A stretch of DNA of 64,000 nt from contig DASZSF010000005.1 of NCBI GenBank assembly GCA_035548815.1, positions 115,741 through 179,740 of the forward strand. Reading direction: 5' to 3'. Of this stretch, positions 9,887 to 18,582 are shown piece after piece. The translations under genes and the position numbers were made by a program. The notes beneath the pieces are model-generated. The model did not search any database. It worked only from the letters and a program-made list of their open reading frames with translations, and was not told the DNA's origin. Every line of letters begins with the position of its first letter. Positions within the stretch are counted from its first letter, which is position 1. Origin of the DNA: Minisyncoccota bacterium. GTDB taxonomy: Bacteria > Patescibacteriota > Minisyncoccia > Phycocordibacterales > SBAW01.

Positions 9887-10809
9887 ACAAGGTAGTAACA
9901 ATACATTTGCATGGCACAGCCTTCGAGATCGAAGAAGGCGCCTACGATGCTCTGCGCCGCTACCTCGACGAGGCCGCGCAAAAACTTGAAGGCAATCCTG
10001 ACCGCGACGAAATTGTCGCAGATCTGGAGCAGGCAATTGCCGACAAGTGCGCGCTCTACCGCACACAGCATAAAACGGTCATCACTTCGGCCGACATGGC
10101 AGCCGTGCTCAAAGAAATGGGTGATGTTGATGTAGAAACTGAAAACGAAAGCGGTGAGAAAAAAGGCGAGGGCGACAATGGCAACAAAAGCCACTCGCAT
10201 ACAGGCCCGACACCTAAGCGCCTGTTCCGTTTGGAAGAAGGCAAAGTTTTCTTTGGTGTATGTTCCGGCCTGGCCGCATACTTTGACGTTGATGCCACGC
10301 TCGTGCGTATCCTCTTCATCATCCTCACGATCATCTCACACGGCGCGGGACTCCTGATTTATTTCTTGATGGTGATATTTGTCCCCCGCGCAGCATCACC
10401 CGCTCAAAAGGCGCAGGCCTATGGCACGGTACTTATAAACGCGAGCGAACTTATGCGCCGCGCACGCATGGAATACGAACACTTCAATGCAGAGGACTGG
10501 AAGGAGGGTACGCGCAAACTCAAAGAAGAAGCACAGCAGTGGAAGCGCCAGTGGCGAAAACAGCGCCGCATGCAGGCTAAGATGCATCACACATACAATC
10601 ACAACTATCAATACAAACAGATGTCCCCCTTCTGGCACGCGGTACATTCCCTGCTTGGGATGCTATGGTTCGCGTTCATCATCTTCTGCGGATGGTTCCT
10701 CTATACGCACGTGCCGGGCGCACACCACGCGATGGACTCAGTAGCTATGTGGGTGGCGCATATTTTTGCCAAGATCGGGCACTTTATAGACGCGCACATA
10801 GGTGCATAA
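9883..10809 (+). CDS. PspC-domain membrane protein (PadR-associated)
   Basis: start overlaps padR stop (ATGA); PspC motif KVFFGVCSGLAAYFDVDATLVRILFIILTII; C-terminal TM. Confidence 0.75.
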   Translation: MNKVVTIHLHGTAFEIEEGAYDALRRYLDEAAQKLEGNPDRDEIVADLEQAIADKCALYRTQHKTVITSADMAAVLKEMGDVDVETENESGEKKGEGDNGNKSHSHTGPTPKRLFRLEEGKVFFGVCSGLAAYFDVDATLVRILFIILTIISHGAGLLIYFLMVIFVPRAASPAQKAQAYGTVLINASELMRRARMEYEHFNAEDWKEGTRKLKEEAQQWKRQWRKQRRMQAKMHHTYNHNYQYKQMSPFWHAVHSLLGMLWFAFIIFCGWFLYTHVPGAHHAMDSVAMWVAHIFAKIGHFIDAHIGA

Positions 10810-10847
10810 GTGTAAAAAGACGATTTTTCCTTTGATATCATGGGTTT

Positions 10848-11315
10848 ATGACCCCTGACCAATTGCCTTCGCTGCGCGGACGCGCCACCGTTACTACTGT
10901 CCTCATCGTCGTTATATTGATAGCTCTGTGCCTCGTGTTGTGGATGTACCGCAATACAGAACCTGTCTCCCGCTTCTTTGGTTCGGACACTGAGACGACA
11001 ACGCCGGGTGTTGCCGCAGGCAACACGGTCGTTTCATACTCATGCGACGAAGACAAAAGCTTGAGTGCTGAATATATTGATGGCGGCCCAGCAAGCTCCA
11101 CCCCAGACGGCCGCCCTGTTCCAACAGGCGCAGTCGAGCTTACCTTCTCCGATGGCACGATGCTCCGCTTGCCGCAAACCCTTTCTGCATCTGGCATCCG
11201 CTACGCAAATGCCGACGAGTCGCTTATTTTTTGGAGCAAAGGGGATACTGCGTTCATCCAGCAAGGCATAGGTACAAGCCAGACCGAAACATACTCCAAC
11301 TGCGTCGCACAGTAG
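10848..11315 (+). CDS. MliC-family protein (membrane-bound lysozyme inhibitor of C-type lysozyme)
   Basis: N-terminal TM anchor; YSCDEDKSLSAEYIDG ... SASGIRYANADESLIFWSKGDTAFIQ ... NC, matching MliC/PliC conserved Cys pair and SxSGxRY...W.KGDEA motif. Confidence 0.75.
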   Translation: MTPDQLPSLRGRATVTTVLIVVILIALCLVLWMYRNTEPVSRFFGSDTETTTPGVAAGNTVVSYSCDEDKSLSAEYIDGGPASSTPDGRPVPTGAVELTFSDGTMLRLPQTLSASGIRYANADESLIFWSKGDTAFIQQGIGTSQTETYSNCVAQ

Positions 11316-11345
11316 TAAGTAAAAAAGAAAATCCTGGTTTCAGTA

Positions 11346-11705
11346 ATGTTGCTTCTTCGACGAAACCGAAAAAACTACCTCAAACACAAAGAACTCGCGC
11401 GGGTGTTGGTGCATGCGCGGATTTTATATTTCAACCAGTTCTATAATGTGCCTCTGCGCAAGATCTTCATCAAAAATCACAAGTCGCGCTGGGGGAGTTG
11501 TTCCGAAAAAGGAAATTTAAATTTCAATTACAAACTCGCTTTCCTCCCACCGCATTTGGTCGATTACATTGTTGTGCACGAACTGTGCCATCTGCACCAT
11601 TTCAATCACTCGCCTTCCTTCTGGGCTTTAGTTGCGCAAACTTTGCCAAATCACAAGGCGCTGCGTTTGGAACTTAGAAGGCTTGAGCAACGACGTATTG
11701 CATAA
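11346..11705 (+). CDS. YgjP-like metallopeptidase (DUF45, HExxH), C-terminal half only; possibly truncated
   Basis: KSRWGSCS...NFNYKLAFLPPHLVDYIVVHELCHLHHFNHSPSFW; N-terminal about 100 aa of family missing. Confidence 0.55.
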   Translation: MLLLRRNRKNYLKHKELARVLVHARILYFNQFYNVPLRKIFIKNHKSRWGSCSEKGNLNFNYKLAFLPPHLVDYIVVHELCHLHHFNHSPSFWALVAQTLPNHKALRLELRRLEQRRIA

Positions 11706-11758
11706 AAAGAAAGCGCCGCTCGGGGAGAGCGGCGGGGAAGTTAAGGAAGGTGCAGGGT

Positions 11759-12217
11759 CTAGATCATGGCGTTCAGGATCCAGAGGCACGTGAGCGTGGT
11801 GACCCCGCCTTGTGTGTAGGCGCAGGCATGGGCGTCATATTCACGTAGCTCCTTCGGGAAGTCAGCTGGGACATCCGTCCGGTCGCGGATTTTGGTCTTG
11901 TCGTCGGCCGAGACCCACTTCCGGTTGATCCACGCCTGGATGATGCGAAGGTTCTTGGGATCACGCCGCCAGGTGGTGGGGCGGCACTCACCGTCGTGAC
12001 AGGGACAGTCTTGGTGCGGGAAGTAGTCCTGATAGTGGTCATGCACCCAGTAGTGCATAAACCCGTCGTCCCCCAGCATCCTGCCATCCCTGTCCCTGCC
12101 GGCTCTATCGACCGCCTGTTCGAGGCTCGTCGGCGCCTGCCCCAGCGTGTGGCGGGGCAACATCAGGCCAGGCAGCATCACGGCTGCGGGCAATGCGAGA
12201 AGCGATCTGCGAAGCAT
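11759..12217 (-). CDS. hypothetical secreted protein, high-GC foreign-looking gene (possible Tat/Sec signal, Cys/His cluster)
   Basis: about 62% GC with GC3-rich codons vs roughly 50% background; MLRRSLLALPAAVMLPGLM signal; HYWVHDHYQDYFPHQDCPCHDGEC. Confidence 0.5.
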   Translation of the reverse strand: MLRRSLLALPAAVMLPGLMLPRHTLGQAPTSLEQAVDRAGRDRDGRMLGDDGFMHYWVHDHYQDYFPHQDCPCHDGECRPTTWRRDPKNLRIIQAWINRKWVSADDKTKIRDRTDVPADFPKELREYDAHACAYTQGGVTTLTCLWILNAMI

Positions 12218-12384
12218 GTGCAACTCCCCTGAAATGCGGTTGGTCGGTCTATCCCTCCGTCTGTAAACTGAAGGCCCGTCTTTTTCTGTGTGTGCAGGCT
12301 ATGTTATTTGTACCAAGCTCATCCGTGGCGTCAAATAGCTGGCACTTCACCCTTTCTTTAGCTCAGCAGTAGTACGGTAAAGAG

Positions 12385-12720
12385 ATGGCAGATATCGTCA
12401 CGCGCGACCAATACTATTACCGCGGCTCGTTTATTGCGGGAATCATCAACACGGTGGTTGGAATCATCGAGCTTTTTTTGCTCATACGCATCGTACTCGA
12501 ACTTTTGGGGGCCAATGCCGCATCTCCTATCGTGGCATGGACCTATGCCGTGAGCAGCACATTTATGGGCCCATTTGTCGGAGCATTCCCTGGACTTTAC
12601 CTCACACAGAATTCTATTCTTGATGTTGTGGCAGTTGTTGCGATGATAGGCTACGCGCTTCTAGGCTGGCTCCTCATCGAACTTCTCGGTTTCATCGTCG
12701 GAACAGTGGAGAGGATTTAG
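12385..12720 (+). CDS. YggT-family small membrane protein
   Basis: 111 aa, 2-3 TM, LLIRIVLELLG... pattern of YGGT family; normal GC. Confidence 0.55.
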   Translation: MADIVTRDQYYYRGSFIAGIINTVVGIIELFLLIRIVLELLGANAASPIVAWTYAVSSTFMGPFVGAFPGLYLTQNSILDVVAVVAMIGYALLGWLLIELLGFIVGTVERI

Positions 12721-12850
12721 TCACTGTTTCGGCCTTGCATCCTTGCTATACATAGGAGTACTATCAGATTTAAGAGGAGAGTTTCATTCGCTCAACTCCG
12801 TGATAGTACACAGCCACATCTTTCTTCTCTCGAGCATAGGGGTTACACAG

Positions 12851-13258
12851 ATGACGAAGTTGATGGGACGCGACGCGATCCTGGGCATGGCCACGGCCGC
12901 GCCCACGGTGAGCAACAAGGACATCCTTCTGGCCGCCGCGGCCCTGATCGAGGCCCGCCTGCCCAACCAGCCCGCGTGGTACCGGTTCCACAGCATCGAG
13001 CGTCTCAAGGTCGGCGCGCAGCGCATGCAGCTGATCGAGGGCACCGTCCTGCAGACCCTCGCCGACGCGGCCACCCAGCTGGGTGCTCCGCTGAAGGTCG
13101 GCAAGAAGAGCAAGAAGACCAACGTCGGCCATGTCGTCGATCGCGGTCTGATGACCCTGGAGCAGGTCCATGGCTTCTCCTGTGGCTGCGGCGACGCGAT
13201 CACGGATGCCGACGCGGCCACCGAGATGCGCAAGGTCGCCGACGCCTGCACCACCTGA
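12851..13258 (+). CDS. hypothetical cytoplasmic protein, high-GC foreign-looking gene
   Basis: about 68% GC, nearly every codon ends in G/C; MTKLMGRDAILGMATAAP...; antisense ORF 12784..13365 judged spurious. Confidence 0.5.
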   Translation: MTKLMGRDAILGMATAAPTVSNKDILLAAAALIEARLPNQPAWYRFHSIERLKVGAQRMQLIEGTVLQTLADAATQLGAPLKVGKKSKKTNVGHVVDRGLMTLEQVHGFSCGCGDAITDADAATEMRKVADACTT

Positions 13259-13286
13259 TCGGCTGACGCCGAGATTCGACTTCGAA

Positions 13287-13320
13287 CCCCCGCCTTGCGC
13301 ACCACGCGAGGCGGGGGATC
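13287..13320 (+). terminator. GC-rich hairpin at end of high-GC islet
   Basis: CCCCCGCCTTGCGC-ACCAC-GCGAGGCGGGGG, weak T tract. Confidence 0.4.
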
Positions 13321-13350
13321 ATCATTTGTATAAAAATGTATACTTAGGGT

Positions 13351-13659
13351 ATGTATACACATCACTACGGGTTTGATACGGGCTGGTTTATGAATATTCC
13401 GATTTGGTCGGTTCCGTTTTTGGGATTGGCATTTTTAGCAGCGATTTGGTCGCTCGCATGGAAGGGCATAGCGCTCTGGCATGCAGGGCGCAATAACGAC
13501 GGCTGGTGGTTTATCGCCATTTTGCTCATCAACTCTGTTGGTATTTTGGAAATCGTCTATCTTTTCTTCGTTCTCAAATTGAAGTTCGAAGAAGTGTTCC
13601 CATTCTTAAGACGCGGGCCTCATCACCCTCCGCACCATCACAACCATCCTCACGCATAG
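13351..13659 (+). CDS. small 2-TM membrane protein with His/Pro-rich C-terminus
   Basis: HHPPHHHNHPHA tail; hypothetical. Confidence 0.4.
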   Translation: MYTHHYGFDTGWFMNIPIWSVPFLGLAFLAAIWSLAWKGIALWHAGRNNDGWWFIAILLINSVGILEIVYLFFVLKLKFEEVFPFLRRGPHHPPHHHNHPHA

Positions 13660-13692
13660 CTCTCATCCTCTTATCCACAGAGTGTTGTGTAT

Positions 13693-13713
13693 CTTGTGTA
13701 TTGCACACACAAG
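13693..13713. promoter_or_regulatory. candidate LexA operator / promoter element upstream of lexA
   Basis: CTTGTGT-ATTGCAC-ACACAAG inverted arms overlapping putative -35; TATAGT -10 at 13721. Confidence 0.3.
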
Positions 13714-13732
13714 AACGTGATATAGTTAGTGT

Positions 13733-14413
13733 ATGAACATCCAAAACTTGCTTACCTTTAAGCAGCAGAGGGTATTAAACGCTGTGCGTGAGTATCTATA
13801 TAAGGAAAATGAGTCTCCGACGCTCGAACAGCTTCGTGCGGAGCTCGGCTTCAGCTCACTCCGAACTGTTACGCAGTATTTGGATATCCTTGAACGCAAG
13901 GGTTATATCGTCCGCCGCAAAAATGCCGCGCGAAATATTGAATTGCGCAATGTTGACGGTGCGTGGGGCACGGTCAGCATCCCCGTTATTGCAAATGTTG
14001 GTTGCGACGACTTGTCTGTCTTTGCGCAGAGCTCAAGCGAGGCCGACGAGTTTTTGGAAGTCGACAAACGTATTGTTGAAGAAGACGACGGCGACATCGT
14101 TGCGGTGCGCGCCATCGGCGACAGTATGAATGATGCGGGCATCAACACTGGTGACTACGTGCTCATCCGCTTTACCAACGACGTGTCAAACGGCGACCGT
14201 GTGGCAGCGATAGTCAACGACATGGTCACGGTAAAAAGGTTGGAACGCCGCGAAGGAATGGTCATTTTGTGGCCCGAATCAAAGGACCCAAAGTACAAGC
14301 CCATTATCTTGAAGGATGACTTCACCATAGCGGGCAAAGTGCTGTGCGTTATCCCGAGCTACCAGATGGAGGTTACCGAGGTGGTGCCGCTCCCGGAAGA
14401 GGACTATCAGTAA
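13733..14413 (+). CDS. lexA: LexA repressor (S24 peptidase)
   Basis: N-terminal wHTH (TLEQLRAELGFSSLRTVTQYLDILERKGYI), S24 Ser (AIGDSMNDAGI) and Lys (VTVKRL); longer-than-usual linker. Confidence 0.85.
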   Translation: MNIQNLLTFKQQRVLNAVREYLYKENESPTLEQLRAELGFSSLRTVTQYLDILERKGYIVRRKNAARNIELRNVDGAWGTVSIPVIANVGCDDLSVFAQSSSEADEFLEVDKRIVEEDDGDIVAVRAIGDSMNDAGINTGDYVLIRFTNDVSNGDRVAAIVNDMVTVKRLERREGMVILWPESKDPKYKPIILKDDFTIAGKVLCVIPSYQMEVTEVVPLPEEDYQ

Positions 14414-14444
14414 TTAATTATTAAGTTTGGTATACTAGAGGCAT

Positions 14445-14645
14445 ATGGCAACAGGACAAATCAAAACATTAACGGACCGGGGCTTTGGCTTCATTACACG
14501 TGAGGGAGGTGATAAGGACCTCTTTTTCCACTCAAAAGAATTGAACGGCGTAGCCTTCGATGAGCTTAAGGTTGGAGACACGCTTTCGTTTGAAATAACG
14601 GATGGCCCGAAAGGGCCGAGCGCCGTCAACGTTTCGCGAGCGTAA
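14445..14645 (+). CDS. csp: cold-shock protein (CspA family)
   Basis: GQIKTLTDRGFGFITREGG...DLFFH RNP motifs. Confidence 0.92.
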   Translation: MATGQIKTLTDRGFGFITREGGDKDLFFHSKELNGVAFDELKVGDTLSFEITDGPKGPSAVNVSRA

Positions 14646-14654
14646 CCCCTTTTC

Positions 14655-15344
14655 GTGGTGCGAAAATTTTTCCATTTCAGCGTACTCATCATATTGTTTG
14701 CGGTACTCTGTGCTACCGCAATAGTGGGGTACATTGATGTCACGAGCGAAAAATATATCTATTTATCAAAAAAAGCGCCACCTGCCGAGGTGGCGCTTGT
14801 GCTTGGCGCGTCAGTGACGTCCCGCGGCGTGCTTTCACCGATTTTAAAAGAGCGTGCCGATATGGCGGCTGCGCTGTATCAAAGCGGTACCGTACGAAAG
14901 ATATTGGTGACGGGCGATAACGGCACGCTCACATATGACGAAGTGTACCCGGTGGGCAAATATTTGCTGGCGCTTGGCATCCCGCAGGACGACATATTTT
15001 TAGACTACGCGGGATTTGATACGTACAGCAGTATGTACCGGGCCCGCGACGTGTTCGGCGTTACGTCGGTGCTCATTGTTACGCAAAAATTCCATCTTTC
15101 GCGGGCAGTCTTCATCGCGCGCTCCCTAGGCTTAGAAGCGTATGGCGTGGATGCGGCGGCCCCGGGTGAACGCTTTTTCACCTTGTCGCTGCGCGAAATC
15201 CCCGCTTCGCTTAAGGCTTCATACGATGTGTGGTTCGGCCGCGTGCCTAAGTATCTGGGCGAGCAGTTTCCCGTATCCGGGAGCGGGGTACCTACCTGGG
15301 TTGGCGGCAGCTCACAGATGATATACTTCGGACATGGCCGATGA
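14655..15344 (+). CDS. SanA/YdcF (DUF218) family membrane protein
   Basis: N-terminal TM; KILVTGDNGTLTYDEVYPVGKYLLALGIPQDDIFLDYAGFDTYSSM; LIVTQKFHLSRA. Confidence 0.7.
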   Translation: MVRKFFHFSVLIILFAVLCATAIVGYIDVTSEKYIYLSKKAPPAEVALVLGASVTSRGVLSPILKERADMAAALYQSGTVRKILVTGDNGTLTYDEVYPVGKYLLALGIPQDDIFLDYAGFDTYSSMYRARDVFGVTSVLIVTQKFHLSRAVFIARSLGLEAYGVDAAAPGERFFTLSLREIPASLKASYDVWFGRVPKYLGEQFPVSGSGVPTWVGGSSQMIYFGHGR

Positions 15345-15714
15345 GTGGAAGGAGAAGCTCACACCCCTGCAGTATCGCGTGCTTCGTGAGCGCGGGACCG
15401 AGGCTCCTTTTTCCGGCGAGCTGTTGCACGAAACGCGTGACGGCATGTACCGATGCGCAGCGTGCGGCAACGCTCTGTTCGCCTCTGACGCCAAATTCGA
15501 TTCAGGCACCGGGTGGCCATCGTTTGACCAAGCATTGCCTGGATCGACAAAAATTGTTCCGGACGACAGCCATGGCATGCAGCGCGACGAAGTCGTATGC
15601 GCGCATTGCGGTTCGCATCTAGGACATGTGTTTGCCGATGGTCCGTCGACCACGGGAGAACGTTACTGCATCAATTCAGTATGCTTGGCGCTTGACCCGA
15701 AGGAAAGTAGGTAA
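15334..15714 (+). CDS. msrB: peptide-methionine (R)-S-oxide reductase MsrB
   Basis: CxxC...CxxC zinc motif (CAACGN ... CAHCGSHLGHVF), GTGWPSF, catalytic RYCINS; start overlaps preceding gene. Confidence 0.9.
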   Translation: MADEWKEKLTPLQYRVLRERGTEAPFSGELLHETRDGMYRCAACGNALFASDAKFDSGTGWPSFDQALPGSTKIVPDDSHGMQRDEVVCAHCGSHLGHVFADGPSTTGERYCINSVCLALDPKESR

Positions 15715-15735
15715 TTTACGAGTAACTACATATTT

Positions 15736-16032
15736 ATGTCTACAGTATCGAAATGGATTATTGGGATTTTGTGCCTCGCCGCGCTTGGCTGGCTCGTATG
15801 GTGGAGCGGCTGGTTGAAGAAGCCCGCAACGCAAACTGCGACCGATACAACAACGCAGGCAACAACCACGGCAGAGAATAACGCGCCTATTAACGGCATG
15901 AGTGCCAACAATGACGCGTCTGACACTGCTATTGCACAGGACACTGCGGCAATAGATGCACAGCTCAAGGCGTACTCAACCGACTCGTCAGACGTCGATT
16001 CGAGCATGAATGATAAGCAGGTAACCCAGTAA
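15736..16032 (+). CDS. hypothetical membrane-anchored Thr/Ala-rich protein
   Basis: N-terminal TM; low complexity. Confidence 0.4.
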   Translation: MSTVSKWIIGILCLAALGWLVWWSGWLKKPATQTATDTTTQATTTAENNAPINGMSANNDASDTAIAQDTAAIDAQLKAYSTDSSDVDSSMNDKQVTQ

Positions 16033-16040
16033 TACATCCC

Positions 16041-16880
16041 ATGACTACTATGCAAAAAATAGCCGTACTTCTTTTGACAGTGTTCGGATTCAGTATGGCC
16101 CTTGCTCCGGCCTTCGTATCTGCGCAAACAGGCGCTGCAGCGGATGCAAGTGTAAACGTTACGACGACAGGTGCATCTGCAGGCGTGGGCGTCCAGATGA
16201 GCGCAAAAGCTATGGCAGATGCAAAGACACGCGCCGACAAAGAACTCGACCGCCGCGTCCAGGCGCTAACCTCACTTAATGCGCGTGTACAGGCAATGCA
16301 GAAAGTAACTGACACGTTCAAGACGAGCTTGGCAACCAATATCGATACGCAGATCTCGGCATTTCAGGCACTTAAAACGAAAATTGATGGTGAAACTGAC
16401 GGCACAACTATTAAAGCCGACGTGCAGTCCATCACTGACTCATACCGAGTATACGCGCTCGTGCTTCCGCAAATTCGTATTGCTGCAGCAGCAGACCGTG
16501 AAGTGACCATTTCGTTCATGATGCAAACCTTGGGCAACAAGCTCGCAGCGCGCATCCAAGCTGCAAGTAATGCGGGCGGTGATGTGAAAGCTCTCACCGA
16601 TACCTTGAACGATTTTGCAACGCAGATCTCAACCGCATCTACGAAAGCACAGGCTGCAGTTGAAGTAAGCGCGCCGCTTGCTCCGGACAATGGCGATAAA
16701 GACACCATGGCTAAGAACAAAGCCGCGCTTGCCGAGGCACGCACCGACCTGAATGCGTCTCACACAGCGTTGGTTGCCGGGCGTAAAGACATCGACACCA
16801 TAGTAAAGGCTCTCGTTAAAGTTGAGGCAGCGGTTCGGGCATCCGCAACGGCTTCGAGCACGACAACGGTAGGTCAGTAA
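16041..16880 (+). CDS. hypothetical secreted Ala-rich coiled-coil protein
   Basis: signal peptide MTTMQKIAVLLLTVFGFSMALAPAFVSAQ. Confidence 0.45.
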   Translation: MTTMQKIAVLLLTVFGFSMALAPAFVSAQTGAAADASVNVTTTGASAGVGVQMSAKAMADAKTRADKELDRRVQALTSLNARVQAMQKVTDTFKTSLATNIDTQISAFQALKTKIDGETDGTTIKADVQSITDSYRVYALVLPQIRIAAAADREVTISFMMQTLGNKLAARIQAASNAGGDVKALTDTLNDFATQISTASTKAQAAVEVSAPLAPDNGDKDTMAKNKAALAEARTDLNASHTALVAGRKDIDTIVKALVKVEAAVRASATASSTTTVGQ

Positions 16881-16884
16881 TCGT

Positions 16885-18021
16885 ATGCGGCGATTACTCG
16901 CCATACTTTGCACAGGCGCACTGACATTGTCCGGTGCGTCTGTTGCGTATGCGCAAGCGAATATCGATCCAAGCGACATTGTTACATTCCCAAAAGCACA
17001 AGTCCTACGGGTTTTACATCAAGAGGTGCGTGAAATTCCAGGTACAGGCACTAACACAAATGCCCAGACCATAGAGGCACAGATACTCTCGGGTCCCGAG
17101 ACAGGCAAAGTCGTCACGATAGATAATGACTTTCTGACGCTTAACAAAGGCGATGTATTTTACATGCGACATGAAGTATACGATGCGGAAAGCATTAACA
17201 CGTACGCAGTGCTCGCGCCGTACCGCCTTCCGCAATTGGCATTGATAGTTGGGCTTTTCTTGCTGTGCCTGTTTGTGTTTGGGGGCAAGCAGGGCATACG
17301 CGGCCTTGTAACGCTTGTTGGCAGTCTTTTGTGTATCGGAGTCGTGCTTGTGCCTGGCATCTTGCACGGATTCTCGCCGCTTTTGCTGAGTGCGTGCGTG
17401 GCGGGGCTTATTGTCGTTCTCGGATCGTATATAACCCATGGCTTCAATAGGACAACTACCGCCGCAGTGGTTGGCATGCTATGCACGGTGCTCATTACCG
17501 GATTGCTCGCGTACATGTTCATTCATGCGGCGCGATTGACTGGTTTCTCGAATGAAGAGGCGACGTATTTAAACTTCAACACCGGAGGTTTGATAGATTT
17601 CCAGGGATTATTGCTCGGTGCCATGATAATCGGATTTTTGGGAGTGCTCTATGACGCAGCGATAAGTCAGGCGATTGCCGTCGAAGAGCTGTTTGCGGTA
17701 GGGAAACATCTTCAAAAATGGGATGTATACCGTCGCGCACAGCGCATAGGTCGCGAACATATCGGCGCATTGGTTAATACGCTTGCCATAGCCTATGTAG
17801 CAGTCTCGATGCCTCTACTTCTTCTAGTTGCCTCATCCGCTCAAAATGTCTGGATGACGCTCAACCAGGAACTATTTGCAGAAGAGATAGTCCGCATGAT
17901 GGTGGGTACGATAGGTATTATTCTTGCAGTGCCCATAACGACCGTGGTCGCAGTATATATACGTTCCACCTGGCCACCATCCAAGTTGCCGCGTCATGTG
18001 CACGGCCATTCGCATTCATAA
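16885..18021 (+). CDS. YibE/F-family multi-TM membrane protein
   Basis: signal + large extracytoplasmic domain then 8 TM with LLGAMIIGFLGVLYDAAISQAIAVEEL. Confidence 0.65.
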   Translation: MRRLLAILCTGALTLSGASVAYAQANIDPSDIVTFPKAQVLRVLHQEVREIPGTGTNTNAQTIEAQILSGPETGKVVTIDNDFLTLNKGDVFYMRHEVYDAESINTYAVLAPYRLPQLALIVGLFLLCLFVFGGKQGIRGLVTLVGSLLCIGVVLVPGILHGFSPLLLSACVAGLIVVLGSYITHGFNRTTTAAVVGMLCTVLITGLLAYMFIHAARLTGFSNEEATYLNFNTGGLIDFQGLLLGAMIIGFLGVLYDAAISQAIAVEELFAVGKHLQKWDVYRRAQRIGREHIGALVNTLAIAYVAVSMPLLLLVASSAQNVWMTLNQELFAEEIVRMMVGTIGIILAVPITTVVAVYIRSTWPPSKLPRHVHGHSHS

Positions 18022-18027
18022 AATAAA

Positions 18028-18048
18028 ACCCTCCGCAAAAGCGGAGGG
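18028..18048 (-). terminator. hairpin terminator (T-tract on minus strand)
   Basis: CCCTCCGC-AAAA-GCGGAGGG; revcomp followed by TTTTATTTTA. Confidence 0.55.
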
Positions 18049-18067
18049 GTAGCGGGTTACACGTTGG

Positions 18068-18496
18068 TCAGCAGTCGATATTGATCTGCCAGCGAACCTG
18101 GTCCTCGACGCTCACCTGCACATCCTCCTTGTCAGGGGAAGCGAGGATGCGGCAGCAGTTGGCGAAGCCGAGCGCCATACCGGCCTCGGCGACCATCAGC
18201 GGCCGGGCCGCATCGGTGCCCAGCAACCGGGCGACCTGCTTGCCCACGACCGAGTCGGGGTTGATGTCGACCATGACGCCGCGGCCGCGGCGCTCATGGC
18301 GGAGCACATCATGCCGGTGTTCCGGGGGCAACGCGTTCCTCACCGTGCAGCAGGGGCAGTCGGTCGACGCAGTCGCCGCGGCAGCTGCCATGATGGCCGC
18401 ATAGCCAAGCTTGGTGTCGGTGCGCATCGCATAGGCGAGCGCCGTGTCCGGCGTATCGCCGGCTTTCAGTCGAAGAAGTGCGCTTGGAAAGGACAT
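18068..18496 (-). CDS. hypothetical Cys-rich protein, high-GC foreign-looking gene, downstream of cooC-like ATPase
   Basis: about 63% GC; AGGGAG RBS 6 nt before ATG 18496; motifs DCPCC, FANCC, C-terminal C. Confidence 0.5.
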   Translation of the reverse strand: MSFPSALLRLKAGDTPDTALAYAMRTDTKLGYAAIMAAAAATASTDCPCCTVRNALPPEHRHDVLRHERRGRGVMVDINPDSVVGKQVARLLGTDAARPLMVAEAGMALGFANCCRILASPDKEDVQVSVEDQVRWQINIDC

Positions 18497-18582
18497 GAAC
18501 ATCTCCCTCTGGAGCTTCCGTTTGTTGGCGAACCTGCCAACGTGCCCTCCGCCATATATTTCGGAGGGCACGTTGACAACCT

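Noticed and set aside
12784-13365. 193-aa minus-strand ORF and 96-aa plus-strand alternative frame across the high-GC islet
   Set aside because: High GC suppresses stop codons in all frames. Only the 12851..13258 plus frame shows GC3 saturation and a protein-like composition; the others are Arg/Ser/Pro-rich antisense artefacts.
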